Assembly: GCA_028534125.1 (NCBI GenBank)
Contig: CM052816.1
Coordinates: 45,882,001 to 45,946,000, forward strand
Direction: 5' to 3'
DNA: 64,000 bases
From: Lama glama
Taxonomy: Eukaryota
Part shown: piece by piece, positions 27,301 through 41,280 of the stretch
Layout of the letters: every line of letters starts with the position of its first letter
Position numbering within the stretch: the first letter of the stretch is position 1
Made by a program: the position numbers and the translations under genes
Notes under the pieces: generated by a model
Seen by the model: the letters and a program-made list of their open reading frames with translations, nothing else
The model's database searches: none
Told to the model about the DNA's origin: nothing

Positions 27301-29039
27301 TAATTTTGACCTACTAATTCAAATATCAAGAGAGACTAAGAAAAAAAAAGGAAAAAGTAAACAAGCATGATACGGAAATTTGAAAGTGTAGGAAAGAAAA
27401 GGTGGGAAGAACTGGGTGCAGTTCATGGACTTTAAGAGATCTGGGGCCTTATCAGTAGAGACCCTGAAGGTTTTCAGCTTATTTTAATTTTTCATTTCTC
27501 TGGTGCTAGCCTCACCTACCTCCTCTCTTCTGCATCCTTTGTCTCATTATTCTTCTCTCCACTGTGGAAAATCCTACTGTTTGTTTACAATCCAGAGTTT
27601 TAAAGAGGCTGAACTAAAATTGGCTGCTTCTGGGACATCCCTGCCAATGGCTAGGATCCAAATTGGCTCTGCCCTGAAGAGGCGGCTATGCCCACATAAG
27701 GATATTTTGGCTTAGTGCTTTTGTCATCTTGTTGCCAGGCAGACAATCATCCAGGAGTGGGAAAATTCAGCCAGGGTAAATGTTGATAGCTAGAGTGGTC
27801 AGCCAGTTAGAGTACTAGTCTGAAGGAAAGGCTGTCTGGATGTTATGTCTGACTCCTCATGGGAGGCACTTAATGTTGAACAAATCACTTAGCCTCTTAG
27901 TTCCCCATCTGATGGACAAGGACTGCAGTACCTATACCTCCTACCTGCCTAAGGATATTTTTTAAGTGTTCAGTTTATTTCTTCCAGTCCTGACTGCACA
28001 GAAGATAACAGCTTTCTTTTACGAGTTGAGAACAGGGCAGTAACTCTTTCTCTATAGCTTTTTAATGTCACAGTCAAGTTTAGGATAAAGAACAGTCCTC
28101 TCAGCCTTGCAAGAAAGCCTTCCCTTTAAATGTTTTTCATCAGCTAATATATTACCTGAAGATGGGAAGACAGGATGTGTGTACAAAAATCACATGTAGA
28201 AAGCATATGTGTAAAACATAGATGTATATACAGTATTTATGTAAAATGTCTTTATCTAGACATTTCAGCATAACTCCTAGTTAAGCCACAACTTTTATAA
28301 CAGGAAAGCAAATCAGATTTGACTACATTGGCTGTTTAACTGAAGGAGCCACACAGATGGGAAAGAAGCACAGACAAATTGCTTTTGGCTCTGCTTTCCT
28401 TTATAACAACATCAGATATTTTTAGTTTCTTTTTCTTTATGCGTTGTGCATGTTTCTGCCTCATATAGAAAGTCATTGCACATTGTCTTCATCAGTTTGC
28501 CACCCTTTACGAACAGGCCCACTTAGCATTTCAGTTATTTACTTTTTAAATTTCTAAGATCTGAAGACACCATGGGAAAGTCCGTTTTTCAGATGTAGAT
28601 GATGGGCAGTTAGAAATAACTTAATGTCATAGAAATAATTCTTATTAGTAGAATAGAGAATCTTATGCTTTTGATCTCATTGTGGATGCATAACAAAATT
28701 TAGCACAAAGTACATTTCCAATCTGAGTGGATCTATGCACAACTTAGATCCAATAATTAGATTTTTCTCAATGACATATCCTGTATTAATGTGATGAACT
28801 ATGAGATTCATTAAAGATTATTATTCAGATAATGTCCACATGAACCTTTCATAAGTTGCTACTTTGTTCTCACTGTCTTGAATTTTCCCATCTGTAAATA
28901 GCAATGTGTGATGTTACAGTGTCAGGTTGGAAAAAGATGAGAGTGGCTACAGGTTCCATCAAGTATTCCCGCAGGCCCTCTCATCATTGTTACTATCCTC
29001 CCAAAGTGGTCTATGAACAAGGAATCAAAAACATATAAC

Positions 29040-29608
29040 TCAAACAGTGTGACAATTTTTAAAAAGTTAATCATAGAGTTACCATATGACCAGCAATTTC
29101 ACTCTAAGTTATCTACCCCAAATTTATGTTCATATAAACAATTGTTTACCTGTGTTTAGAGCAGCATTATGCATAATAGTTCCATAATGAAAACAGTTCA
29201 AAGGTCTATCAGCTGGTAAATGAATAAAGAAAATGTGGTATATCTATACAATGGGTACTACAACTCAGAAATAAAAAGTAACAAACTACTTTCGATACGT
29301 GAAATAATAGAGGTGATACTAAGTGAAAGAAGCCAGAATAAAGACTACATATTGTGTGATTAAATTTACATGAAATTTTTAGAAAAAGAAAATCTATGAA
29401 GGAAAAATGCAGACCACTAGCTGCCTGAGGCTGGAGATAATAGTGGAGATGAACTAAAAACAAGGACCTGAGGTAAATTTCGAACTGATGAAAAGTTTTA
29501 AACTAGTTGGTAGTGATGGTTGCCCAATGGTATATATTTATGAAAAATCATTGAACTGATACTTAGAATAGGTAAGTTTGGTAATATTCAAACTAACCTA
29601 ATAAGGCT
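29040..29608 (+). mobile_element. L1 3' end (L1MB/L1ME-type)
   Basis: CATAGAGTTACCATATGACCAGCAATTTCACTC, ATAAAGAAAATGTGGTATATCTATACAATGG, CTAAGTGAAAGAAGCCAGA. Confidence 0.85.
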
Positions 29609-29754
29609 ATGATTCTCTGAATGCTTATTATTTTCAGTAGCTCTGTATCTGCCTCATTACAATTTTGCATGCTGTGTATTTCAGGGAAATTGGCGTTTGT
29701 GACTGTGAGACAGGTACTCCCCTCCCCAATATATCACAGCTGTGATGGGATTCT

Positions 29755-30150
29755 GTCTGTTTCTTGAACATGCCAAATTCTGTTCTGCTTCAGAAAATTC
29801 TTCTGCACATGCTATAACTTGCTGTCCCTGGAATGTTCTTTTCCAACACACTTCTCAAGGCTGGATCCTTTTTTTCAGATTGTTACTAACATTATCTCCT
29901 CAGAGAAGTCTTCCCTAGCTTTGTAAAGAAAATTCCCGACTCCAATAATATTTTTTGACCACTTGAATTTCTTTCATAGCATTTAACCCAACCTTGAGTT
30001 AGTTTTATTTATGAATGTATGCACACATGTTTATATGTATACAGTTAGCCTCCTCTTTAATAAAATATAAGTCCTGTAAGTGGAAGTATATCCCAGTGAT
30101 TGCTACAGTGTGGGTATTTAATATTTTGTGAGGAATTAATAAATGAATGA
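29755..30150 (+). mobile_element. L2 3' end
   Basis: TTCTTGAACATGCCAA, CTCCTCAGAGAAGTCTTCCCT, terminal AATAAATGAATGAAT. Confidence 0.75.
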
Positions 30151-32023
30151 ATTAGAGAGTATTCTCTGTATTAAACCATGGAAGATTAGAAAACTTCCAA
30201 ATAATTTAATTTAGGTGGGTCTGCATTCCAGTTTTTTTTTTAATTATTTCCATAGTTATGAATGGACTTGCCTCTTCTAGCAAAAACTGATACTCTTGGA
30301 AATACTTTGGAAATAACTATTGCTCTGAGTATTTCTGAGCATGGATATAAATCTTGACTGGCAGAAGATTCCAGTATCTGTGAGGGATACCCTAACTTTC
30401 CCATGTCACTCTTTTACACTCTCACACTATCCTGAGAGGCATAGAAGCTCCGGATTTATTCAGTGCCCTAGAATTACCAGTTGCTAAATATTGTTCTTTG
30501 ACACCTCGTCAAGCTCTTTTAAAAACCTAATTTTACAATTGAATTAGACCTCCTAGTGTGCAAACCATAATACAAAACTAATGTACAGTGAACTGTGGCC
30601 TAAATAATGGGCTTCCCCAAACCCTAATCTTCTTCCCAGGAAGTAGCTTCTACTTTGGGGGAAAAAAAAAAACCTCACTTATTACATAATCTGACAAAAT
30701 AATATAATACAGCTTTAATAGCTACAGTTAATACATTAAACATATGGTTTCTTCAATAATTACTAATTTTTACATTTCTCACTACTAATTATGGTATTAA
30801 ATCGTTCACTCCTTAATTTGTTCTGTTGTAAGTTTTTATTTATTCCAGCCTGACTGGTGATAGAGTTGAGACTTTTGCACTTCTCCCATTAGCTTAGTGT
30901 CGTTGCTATAATGCTGCTGTGTGTTGTAATAGTTTATTATCATGTTATTTTTGGTAATTTAATTTTCCAGTGATGATCATCTCAATTTAGCCATTCCAGA
31001 TGTGAAATAGTTTCAAAAGAATATTTTTAAAACTTATCAAGATTGTTGTTTTTTGTAGTTTTGTATAATTTTAATACCATTTTGATAACTGCCAGTTACA
31101 ATTGCCAGCCCTCTCCAGCTGCCTGTTTGCTATAGGATAACTTCGCCACTACAGTATTGTGCAGGCAAACTGGGCAGTTGGCTTGAGAAGAGTTGAAAGG
31201 CCCTGAGAAATAATTTTTGGATTGAAATGAATTGAAATAGGTAACTGCTTGTTACTTTAAGGTGTATGTATAGGTATTCAGTGTCTGTGTCTCTGTGTAA
31301 ATTGAGGCAGGCCTTGTGACGAATGTGGAAATAGAAAGGCTTTTGACAAAGTGAGAGTGATGTATTTACCTCCAGTACAGAACTTAAGAGAACGTCCAAA
31401 GCTCACATTAAATCATATTTAAAAAAACGAAATTGGCAAACTGGCCTGTGGGCCAACACCTCTTTGTAAACAGAGTTTATTGGAACCAAGGCTGAGATTT
31501 GGGCAAGGTTAGTGAGATAAGATCATGCAAGTGGAGGGTTGTGTCTTGTCTATTTAAAACTGTGATATTTTGTAATATATTTTTGCATTACATATGATTT
31601 TTTCAAATTATGATCCATAATTTCTTAGTTTCTCTGAGATCTTCCCAAGAAGTAGTGGATGTAGGAAAGCTTAATAACCCACACTAATTTTGGGAGAGAT
31701 GTGGAATTAGTATATTTTAGTGTATATTGGATCCCTGAAACTCCAGTTTTATTTAAAATGCCTATATTAGAAAGGTTATTTTAAATGGACAATTCAGTAA
31801 CTGCATATCTTAATGCTTTTATTTACCTGGAGCTGCAAATGAATAGGATATTGTAAAATTTAATTTTTTTTTGAACTCTGACCATGCTGGTATTGACAAC
31901 AGTTATATTCCAGGGTAATTGTGTCTATGTAAAAATAAATGCTGTTTTCTTTCAGTGTTCAAATATCTACCCTTCAGTTTGATTTATATAGATTTTTCCT
32001 TTCAAAAATAAGATATTAAAGGA

Positions 32024-32030
32024 ATATATA

Positions 32031-32061
<31 letters not shown>

Positions 32062-32076
32062 TTTATATATATATGT
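32024..32076 (+). repeat. (TA)n/(TG)n compound microsatellite
   Basis: Seen directly. Confidence 0.9.
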
Positions 32077-32519
32077 ACAGAGAAAATAAAATCTGTTTTT
32101 TCTTTGATTCCTACATCAATCTAAAAAGAAATTAGAAGACTCAAGAAAATATAAAACTATATTTAAAAACAAATAGCAATTTATCCCTATCACTGATGCT
32201 TACTTTTTAGATATTTACTGCTCTAAATTCTGAGGCTGCCACTGTTGCCATACCTCCACGATTTTTTGGACTTCATTACTGCATGTGTTGATTGATTGCT
32301 CCAGGCTCTTCTAAGGATACTGTGGAATGTAGAGGTGGATGATGATATAGGAAGCTTTCCTACAGAGTGTGGCAGAGCTGAGCAGCTAGTTTATGATCTA
32401 AGAAGTTGAATACTGAGTCTTCAGAAGCTAGATGGTTTAAATGTGCTCTGCACTCTGTCAAGCTGCTTTTTTCCCAACACCTCTTGTGCTACTGTGCTTC
32501 CTGGTAATGTGTTATTTTC

Positions 32520-33750
32520 CTTCTTATTCTAATTCCTCCCTAACCTTTCCCTACCTTTGAAGGTCTAGCCATGAGGTTATCCACACTTCTTTCCTTGTTG
32601 CAGTGATTTACAGAACCCTTTCATTCTTGAGTATTTAAGCCTCTGCTTCATTGTCATTCTTACCAACACCGCTCTCATTCATACTTCTTAGTGATTTCAT
32701 TATCACAGAGGTGATACTCAGACTTTCAGCTTCTTGACCTCTTCTTCTCCTTTTTTTTTTTTTTTTGCTGTACCTTACATTAGACATTTACTTCCAAGGT
32801 CATATCAATTAATGCATTCCCACCAAAATATCAGTTCTGAAGCTTTCTACTTCAGAACTCCTATTCTGAACCATGTCCTATTTTTCTGGCTGATAACCTA
32901 ATTCCAAAACAAAACAAAACTCCCCAAACTGATCCAGTCACATTTTTATTGTCCTCATTTATCCCATTTCATATTCTCATTTTCCTCCTTATCCAGCTTA
33001 GACTCCATGGTTTGTAATTATAAACATTACTTTGCATATGCCCTCATTTCTCTTGTCCCTCTTTCTTTTACTAACACACGAGTCAGAATTTAAACCCAAT
33101 CAGACTAATTCAGTGTTTGAGCTCTTAATCACTACAGTATACATATATTATCTCATTTGAGTCTTATAACACACCTGTAAAAATAAATCAGGAAATAGAA
33201 GCTTGGAGAAGCTAAGTAAGTCTTCCAGGATTGCACAACTTTGTAAGTGGTAGAATAGTATTTAAACTTTGCCTACTTTGTATCTACACCTCAATAGTTG
33301 AACCTGCCTGGGGAAAAGTTTATGCTGACTCACTTCACTTTAAATTTCATGATTATTTCAAAGGAAACTTGCAGTCTGTCAGGCAGACCTACCCTTCCTT
33401 ATTCTGTCTTATTTTTCCCAGTTCCTCTACCCCTTCTTCAAGCCTCAGCTCCTTTCTCATTCTCAATCTCCTCTAACAATCTTGACATGTATTACAATGA
33501 GATCATAGAAGCGATCTGAAAAGACTGTTCTCCATGTTCTAGGACCACATCTACAACCCCATCCATGTAGACAGCCCAGTCTTCCATGTTCCATCTCCTA
33601 ATGTAGACCAACTGAGTGTGCTCCTGTGCCTATCCAGCCCCTCTATTTTCACTAGATCTAGCTTCCTTATCCAAGTTATTGACACTTGTCTCGGTTATAT
33701 CATTAAATTTTATCTCTCCACTAGGTCATCTCTAGTGCTGTAATTTCTTC
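32520..33750 (+). mobile_element. L2 internal remnant with MIR pieces at ~33080-33280
   Basis: Pyrimidine-rich L2 ORF2-type sequence; embedded antisense MIR core GGAAATAGAAGCTTGGAGAAGCTAAGTAAGTCTTCC. Confidence 0.55.
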
Positions 33751-33754
33751 CATT

Positions 33755-35245
33755 AAAAAATAATAAATGAACACACAAATAATTCAATGGAACGGAATAT
33801 AACAGAGGGCCCAGAAATAAATCTCCACAAAAGAGCAAAGGCAATACAATGGAGAAAAAGTAGTCTTTTCAATAAATGATGCTGGAACAACTGGACGTCC
33901 ACATGCAAAAAAATGAATCTAGATGCAGACCTTACACCTTTCACAAAAAAATTAACTCAAAATAGATCACAGACTTCAGTGTAAAACAGAACCATCAAAT
34001 TTCTAGAAGATAATACAGGAGAAAATTCAGGTGATCCTGGATTTGGTGACTTTTTAAATGCAACATCAAAGGCACAATCCATAAAAGGAAGAATTTATAA
34101 TCTCAACCTCATGAAAATTTAAAATGTCTGCTCTAAGAAAGACAATATCAAGATAACAAAAGGAGAAGCCACAGAGTGAGAGAAAATATTTGCAAAAAAC
34201 ACATCCAATAAAGGACTATTATCAAAAATATACAAAGAGCTCTTAAAACTCAACAATGAGAACACAATCTCATTTTTAAAAAATGGGCCAAGACTTTAGT
34301 AGTCACTTCACCAAACGAGATATACAAATTTCAGATAATAAGCATATAGGTCATCTGGGAAATACAAATTAAAATAATAATGAGATACCTCTATACACTT
34401 ATTAGAATAGATGAAATCCAAAGCACTGCGAATACCAAATGCTAGTGAAGATGTGTAGCAACAGGAACTCTCATTCACTGCTGGTGGGAATGCAAAATGG
34501 TACAGTCATTTTGGAAGACAGCTTGGCAGTTTCTTAGAGAACTAAACAGCCTCCTACTAGAAATCTAGTAATCTTGCTTCTCTGTATTTACCCAAAGAAG
34601 TTGAAAATTTATGTCCATCCAAAAACCTGCACATGGATATTCATAGTAGCTTTATTCAAAATTTCCAAAACCTAGATGCAACTAAGATGTCCTTAAGTAG
34701 GAATGGGTAAATAAACTGTGGTACATCCAGGCAATGGAATATTATTCAGCCCCTAAGAGAAATGAGCTATCAACCTATAAAAAGACATGGAGGAAACTTA
34801 AATGCATATTACGAAGTGAAATAAGTCATTCTGAAAAGGCTATATACTGTATGATTCCAACTGTGTGACCTTCTGGAAAAGGCAAAACTAAGGAGATGGT
34901 AAAAGGATCAATGGTTGCCTGGGATTAGGAGGCATGGAAGGATGAATAGGTGGAGCACAGAGGGCTCTTTGGGTAGTGAAGCTTCTCCATATAGCACTGT
35001 AATGGAAGATACATGTCATTATGGAGGATACATTTGTCCAAACCCACAGACTGTACACCACCAAGAGTGAACCTTAATGTAAACTGTGGACTTTGGGTGA
35101 TAACAGTGTGTCAATATAGATTCACCAATTATGACAAATTCTGCCACTCTGGGGGCTAGGAGGTATATGGGAAATTTCTATACCTTCTGTTCAATTTTGT
35201 TGTGAACCTAAAACAGCTTTAAAAAATACAGTCCAATTTTTTAAA
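33755..35245 (+). mobile_element. L1MC1-like LINE-1, 5'-truncated (ORF2 C-terminus plus 3' UTR)
   Basis: TTCAATAAATGATGCTGGAACAACTGGACGTCCACATGCAAAAAAATGAATCTAGA; 3' UTR CCAAGAGTGAACCTTAATGTAAACTGTGGACTTTGGGTGATAA and TGTGAACCTAAAACAGCTTTAAAAAATA. Confidence 0.9.
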
Positions 35246-35249
35246 AGTA

Positions 35250-36010
35250 TTTTTGTGATTTCATGTCCCTCTCTAGTTTCTTTTCCATTTCTCTGTTCTC
35301 CTTTTTCATAGTATACCCTTCAAAAGAGTTGTGATACCCACTGTGTCTAGGTCCTCTTTCTATTCTCTTTTGTTCCCACATCAGTAGGTTTTTAACCCCA
35401 TCTCTCCACCATATTTAACTCTTACTAAGTTTACCAGTGTTTGCCATGTTGTTAAATTCTTGTCTAATTTGACAGACTTTTTTTTTTTAATGGGTCACTG
35501 AGGTCTTCCATCTCCTTCCTTCTTAAAAATCCTTCTTATGATTTCAAGAACAGCACTCTCTTGGTTCTGTTTCTACCTCTCTCGACACTCCTGAATATCA
35601 AATGCTTAATATCTCCCCTGTTACAGCCTCTTTGCTTCTTTAGTTGTACTCCTTCTCTCAGGAATTTGATCTACTCTCAAGGCTTAAAGAACTCTATCCT
35701 TTTTACTGGTCTAGATAAGAACTTTGCATTCATCTTTGATTGCTTCTTGAAACCAATTTATATGGAGCTCCTGTTGACTACTTTATACATATAGTAAAAA
35801 TCTAGAATTTGACCACCTCTTAACATCCTTCACAACTACCATCTTTAAAGCCAACATAATCTCTTGCTTGTATTATTGCTCTAACATCCTACCTGGTCTC
35901 CCTATTTTTGCCTTTGACTCCTACAAATTATTTTCAACATATTAGCCATGTTAGTCTTCTGTGCAAAATTCTCAGAGTAAAACTCAAAGTTCTGTGAAGC
36001 CTCATATGAA
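35250..36010 (+). mobile_element. L2 remnant, continuation after the L1MC1 insertion
   Basis: CTTCAAAAGAGTTGTGATACCCACTGT, CTAGAATTTGACCACCTCTTAAC, CCTACCTGGTCTCCCT. Confidence 0.65.
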
Positions 36011-38429
36011 TAGTGGATTCTAACAAGTTTGGTCCATGTCTATATCTGCCTTACCAGTCATTCAGTAAATACTCTTATTGTGATCACGTCTCAGGGTAAG
36101 AAATTTCTCCTGCTTTTTTTTTAAAACACATATTCTATTTTCCAATTCTAATCAATCATTTTTACCAAATTGATATTTTTTGAGCACACATTATGGTTGT
36201 ATAAAAATGAATAGAACATTTCCTGCCCTTATGGAGTTTTTACACTTGGGGAAAAGACAAAAATTCAATGAATATTATGGAGAAATAACTATTAGTACTG
36301 AGAGTGTTACCAGGAACAGTCAACTAAGATTACCTGATGAAGACATAAACAATCTCAGAAAAGTAACAGTTGCTCTGACTAAGGGACTGTAAGCCCGTTT
36401 CTTTGAATTGTTTCCCAGTTTTCCATACTCCTTTAGTCATGTAATGGACCTTGCCAAAGGCAATATACTGGCACTTATATACAAAGATGATTATCTTTGG
36501 TCTGTTTTCCAATAAGGCCCCAGAGCTCTTCCAGCTTCTTATCTTCATTGTTGCCACTTACGACTGAATGGCATAAGTTTGCATTGTAGTCAGTAAAAAG
36601 AATGAAAATAAAATTTGTAATCGGCTCTGAAGCCCACTCTCATTGGTGAAAAGTAAGGTTCTTTGTATATGCTGGCCTGATAGTGATTACTGCATAGATT
36701 TTGTATCCACCCAAAAAACATACTGGAATACAAGTAGTGAGTGTGTGTGACAAGTATATTTGCTCTAAATTTTTAAAAAGTAACCACTCCTGAGCTACAG
36801 CACCTCATTACTATTAATGAATTACTCATAACACACATCTCAAGTGATCAAGATAAATTACTAGGCTACAATACCATAGTTTCAAACCATTATTATGTTC
36901 AGTGAATCCACTGACTTTCCAGAACAGGTAAGACTCTTTTATGACTTCAGAATTCATGTTAATCTTTTTAGAAGTAGCATGATGTGTTGACAATCATATA
37001 GCATTTAGACTCACAGGACTTCAGTCTGGTTCTGTGTTCTAAGACATATCAGTTACATAATATTTAACAACCCACTTAAGAATTCTTAGAAGTGATGTCG
37101 CTGTGAAATGTGAGGATAACACTTCATGCATTACTATTTGTTGTGAAGTGATTTAATAAAAGTTTAAACAAGTCATTACCATGTTGACAGCATTTCTTAT
37201 CAAGGAGTTGTAATTTTGGTATTGATTGTTATGCTAGGCTTCCCACCCCCTTCCTCTGTCCTGAAAATGTGAGGACACATAAGCATGACCCTCAGAGCAT
37301 GCTAACAGACTGCCTTAGTTACGGACACTTCTTGAGTCTTCCTATCTTCTATGTCAAAGAAGGAAAGACAGTCAGCCCTACTTTCTTTTCTACACTGAGG
37401 TGGTAGCAAATGTGGAAGGAATAAATAGTATATACTGATCTTCTAGGAGATCACCAGGCTAGTATCTTTGGAGAATAACAGTTTTGCTCATGTATAGGTA
37501 TCCTCAATAGAAGCAGCAGCCAGGAAACCCCCTCTTAATTTGTTTATTAGGTTTCAAACTTAAAGCCAAGGAATATGTATAAATTAATCTCCTGGTCCCT
37601 CTCACCAAGAAAACAGACTTAAATTAGATCTATGACATCCATTCCTTCAGTAATAATTATTGACCACCTATTATGTGCCACATAAATAAGGAGCTAAGTA
37701 GGTGCTATTTCTGTCCTCTTGAAACTTAAAATCAGTTGGTGGATCTTCATCCTTATTTTCAGCTTCTTATGGTATGTATTTTTGCTGAGTGGACATCTCC
37801 TCTGTGATCCTCTTTTTGCTCTACTAACAACTCTTCCCCATGAGTTTCATCAAGGAGAAAAGAGAGTATGAAATGAGTATGGTGTAGTACCTACAGTTAT
37901 ACAGTTTTGGAGATGGAAAGTCTCTTAGTTTATCTGATGCATACTTTTTTTTGGACTAGACTCCTAAATGGATGGCCATTTAATTTCCACTCCAACACCT
38001 TTTAAAAGGATATTATACCAGATTTTATTGAATTTCTTGTAAGTTCACTGTTTTATAATTTATTTGAGTATAAAAGGAAATGAGGTTAATGGACCCATGT
38101 TTAATCCTAGTGATCACCTACTTCTTCCTAAATTCTGACAACTTAAGAAAATACTAAAAAAATTTGAGAACAAGATTTTCAGGCATAGATTTTTGGTATC
38201 CACAATTTTTCCCTTGAAAAGCATTATAGTCACTCATCTCAAGTTTTCTGTCATTTTCCCCAGTCTTCCTATAACTTTGAGATAAATATTCTTTCTTATG
38301 TCCTTCCCATTGGAGTGTTTCTATTATATTGTAGCCTTTTTCTCCATTCTCTTTGGCTAGCAGGTAAACATATGGCCTTTTCTTATATAGTGCAAAAACA
38401 AAAGGAAACAAAACAATTTTACTTTAAAA

Positions 38430-38648
38430 TAGTTGTTCTCAACCAGGAGTGATTTTTCCCCCCTGGGGTCATTTGACAATGTTTAGAGATATTTTTGGTT
38501 GTCACAGCTGAGGGAATATGTATGACTGGCATCTAGTGAGTAGAAGCCGGAGACATTTGCTGGACATCTAATAAATGTGCAGGATATCACCCACAACAAA
38601 GAATTATTTGCCCCAAAATATCAGTAGTGTTGAGCTTGAGATAATTTG
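38430..38648 (+). mobile_element. Full-length MER20 with 8-bp TSD
   Basis: 219 bp from TAGTTGTTCTCAACC to CTTGAGATAATTTG; flanked by CTTTAAAA (38422-38429) and ATTTAAAA (38649-38656). Confidence 0.9.
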
Positions 38649-40719
38649 ATTTAAAATAGTTCAAATATGTATTCGTTTTTATTAAAGATATTTTCTTAAG
38701 GGTGTTTTTTTTCTATGCCCCCTCTTACATCCAGTTAGAGAAGTTACTGGTTATTGAAGTATTTTAGTATGATTTCTTTCTTCACTGATCTATATTTTTA
38801 ATAAACATTGAAACATCTGCCTATAATAGATAGGCATTCTATGTAAGGTAAGATAAAGATAAATACGTCTTTGGCTTTATAGTTAAAAAGTATCTGTGAA
38901 TTAAGATAATGATAGTTAAAGGTAAAACTGGGTAATCGTATAAGAGCAGACAGAAAGTACCAGAGGAAGTTGGAGGGATTGATTATTTCTGGCTGGAGGG
39001 ATGTAGAAGATATAATGAAGTGGGTGCATTAGAACTTAGTCTTAAAGGGTAGTCATGAATTAGACATGCTGAAGTGAGTGAACAGTCGGGAAGTGAGAAA
39101 GGAAGAAACACACATGCAGCCAGGGCAGGGTCAAGGGACTGTCAGTGGTGGCCAAGCTCGGCTTAAGGTCGAGTGTATGGTGAGACAAATTTGGGAAGTT
39201 CTTCATTCCCTTACTCAGAAGTTATAGGCCAAATTGTTGCTTGTTTTGAAAAGATTGCACATCGGGATCACTATAGCAGTTCTTTCTTTACTTCCCTGAG
39301 CAAAAATTATGTCAAATTTTCATATTATGTATGGAACAAGTCAGAATTTTTAATACAGTCTTAGCCTGTTTGATGTTGTCCTGAGTTTCCAGGAGTATTT
39401 TTTACTGCTATTTCATCAGCTGATGTTCTTCATAATCAACATGCAGAAACTTTTTTTTTCATTTTTGAGTCTGAAAATTCACCTTGAATATGCACATTCT
39501 CACAGTTCCAAGGGTCACAATAACCTGAAAATGCATAATTTAGAAGACTCAGTGATTCACTCCTACAGTTTGGAGTGAAAATAAATTCTAGCCTGAGATA
39601 ATAAGATTTGACATGGAACATCTTTGGAAATATCCACAAAAATATGGCATTGCTTTGAAGGTGCAGTATAGAGCTTTCTTCCTGTGGCCCAGGAGGGTCA
39701 TCAGATTTCCCTGGGTTGCTTGATTTAAACTGCTGATTCCTAGACCCCTCTCTAATTGAACATACTGCATTAGAATGGAGAAGGATGCAAAAGGAAATTT
39801 TCTTTTTTTCACTTCTTACAAGTGCTATTGGTAATACTTGTGACACTAAAGTTTAAAATCTTCTGTTCTAGAAGCTGGAAGAGTAAGACTACTCAGACTG
39901 TGGTTAATCATGTTGTGATGTGATAGTCAAAACATAAAAATAATAAACAGGATTCCAGAAATGTTGCTTTGTGTGGATAGGTGAAGCCTAGAAGAATGGA
40001 CTGAATCATGTAAACAAAAAGGGTGAAGATGGGAGAAAATGGAGAGAAAAAAAGTGAAAACATTTGTCTGTGATTAGCATTATTGAGAAAGAATTACTGT
40101 AGTTTTTTCTTGCTTTTTTTTTAATGTATTCATTCAGCTGTAAAATAGGGACTTAACATGCATAATCATTAATTACTAAGTCAGTTTTTAGGATCAGTCT
40201 ACACATGATTATAAAAATACCTTGTTGTTTTAGGGTTCTCAGAACTGGGAAAGTTAAGGACATAAATGACCCTCCTTTTTCCTTTAATTTCCTTTTATTG
40301 AGCTAGGAAAAATAATAAGAAATCATATAAGTTTGCAAAGAGATGTCACCTGCCTTTGTCCTCCAATGATATAGAGGTGATGATAACTAAAATGATTTTT
40401 TCCCTTATTTTTCCTATTCTCTCTGAATAAATTTCATAAATGCTTAACCTGTTTTGTGGAGTGTAAACATTTTCCCGTTGACTCAAGTATTCATGTTTTA
40501 TTCTATCATCTTTTAAAGTATGTATGTACTAAATGTGCCTCTAAGATTGTCAACTCTAAAGGGATTATGTCTATACAGTTCCTATTGTGTACAGATAAGT
40601 TCTTAATGAGTATTTTTGATGATGTGGAGGGCTTCTGTGTACCTGGTTTAAAGGATCAATTCACTGTCAATCTGGTATGGTATGGTCTTTATCATAACAT
40701 TATTACTCACTAGATGGTG

Positions 40720-40830
40720 ATTTTTTTCCTCTGTAAAAGCAGGCTGCTGATGCCATCCTACCCTGTGTTGAGGTGATCCTATGGAATAATTATGTAAAGC
40801 ACTTAGCCTGGGAGGTGCCCAATAATTATC
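40720..40830 (+). mobile_element. MIR 3' fragment
   Basis: CCTCTGTAAAAG...ATAATTATGTAAAGCACTTAGCC...GGTGCCCAATAA. Confidence 0.55.
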
Positions 40831-40969
40831 ATTTCTCCTTTCTTCCATCGGCCGTGTAATAGCATTGACTAAAACAATTCCTGGCCTTATTCTCCCTCAT
40901 GCAAATAAAGAGTAGAGATTACTTTCACTTAGTGTGGAAGAGTGGAATACTTTTCACTATATTCAGCAC

Positions 40970-41280
40970 TTCTCCTTGTGGATTCTCTCCCTGGAGGAGG
41001 TCTACACAGCCCTATACTGTTCAACTGAGGTATTGCCCTGTGACTAGCATTAGCAAATGAAATGTGAATGGAAGTGATGAGTCACTTCTTGGCAGAGGTT
41101 TCAGAGCCAGTGCATGACTCAGTGTTATTTTATCTTTTAGCCACAAGAACAGGCAGTGCTTCATACAGAGACTGCTCCTTCATTCACCCTGTGTCCAGGG
41201 AGACTGCTCTCTGAGCCTAGGGCTAAGATAAAGCAGATCCACAGTAAACACAGGTCATGTGCTAGAAACCACAAAGATTC
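40970..41280 (+). mobile_element. MaLR LTR (MLT1J/K-like)
   Basis: TGTGACTAGCATTAGCAAATGAAATGTGAATGGAAGTGATGAGTCACTTC...AGAGCCAGTGCATGA. Confidence 0.7.

Noticed and set aside
36478..36610. Minus-strand frame reading ...SGNNEDKKLEELWGLIGKQTKDNHLCI
   Set aside because: Short, no recognisable homologue and no convincing splice or start context
39436..39846. 136-aa minus-strand ORF
   Set aside because: Overlaps a MER5-like fragment, non-ATG start, no recognisable domain
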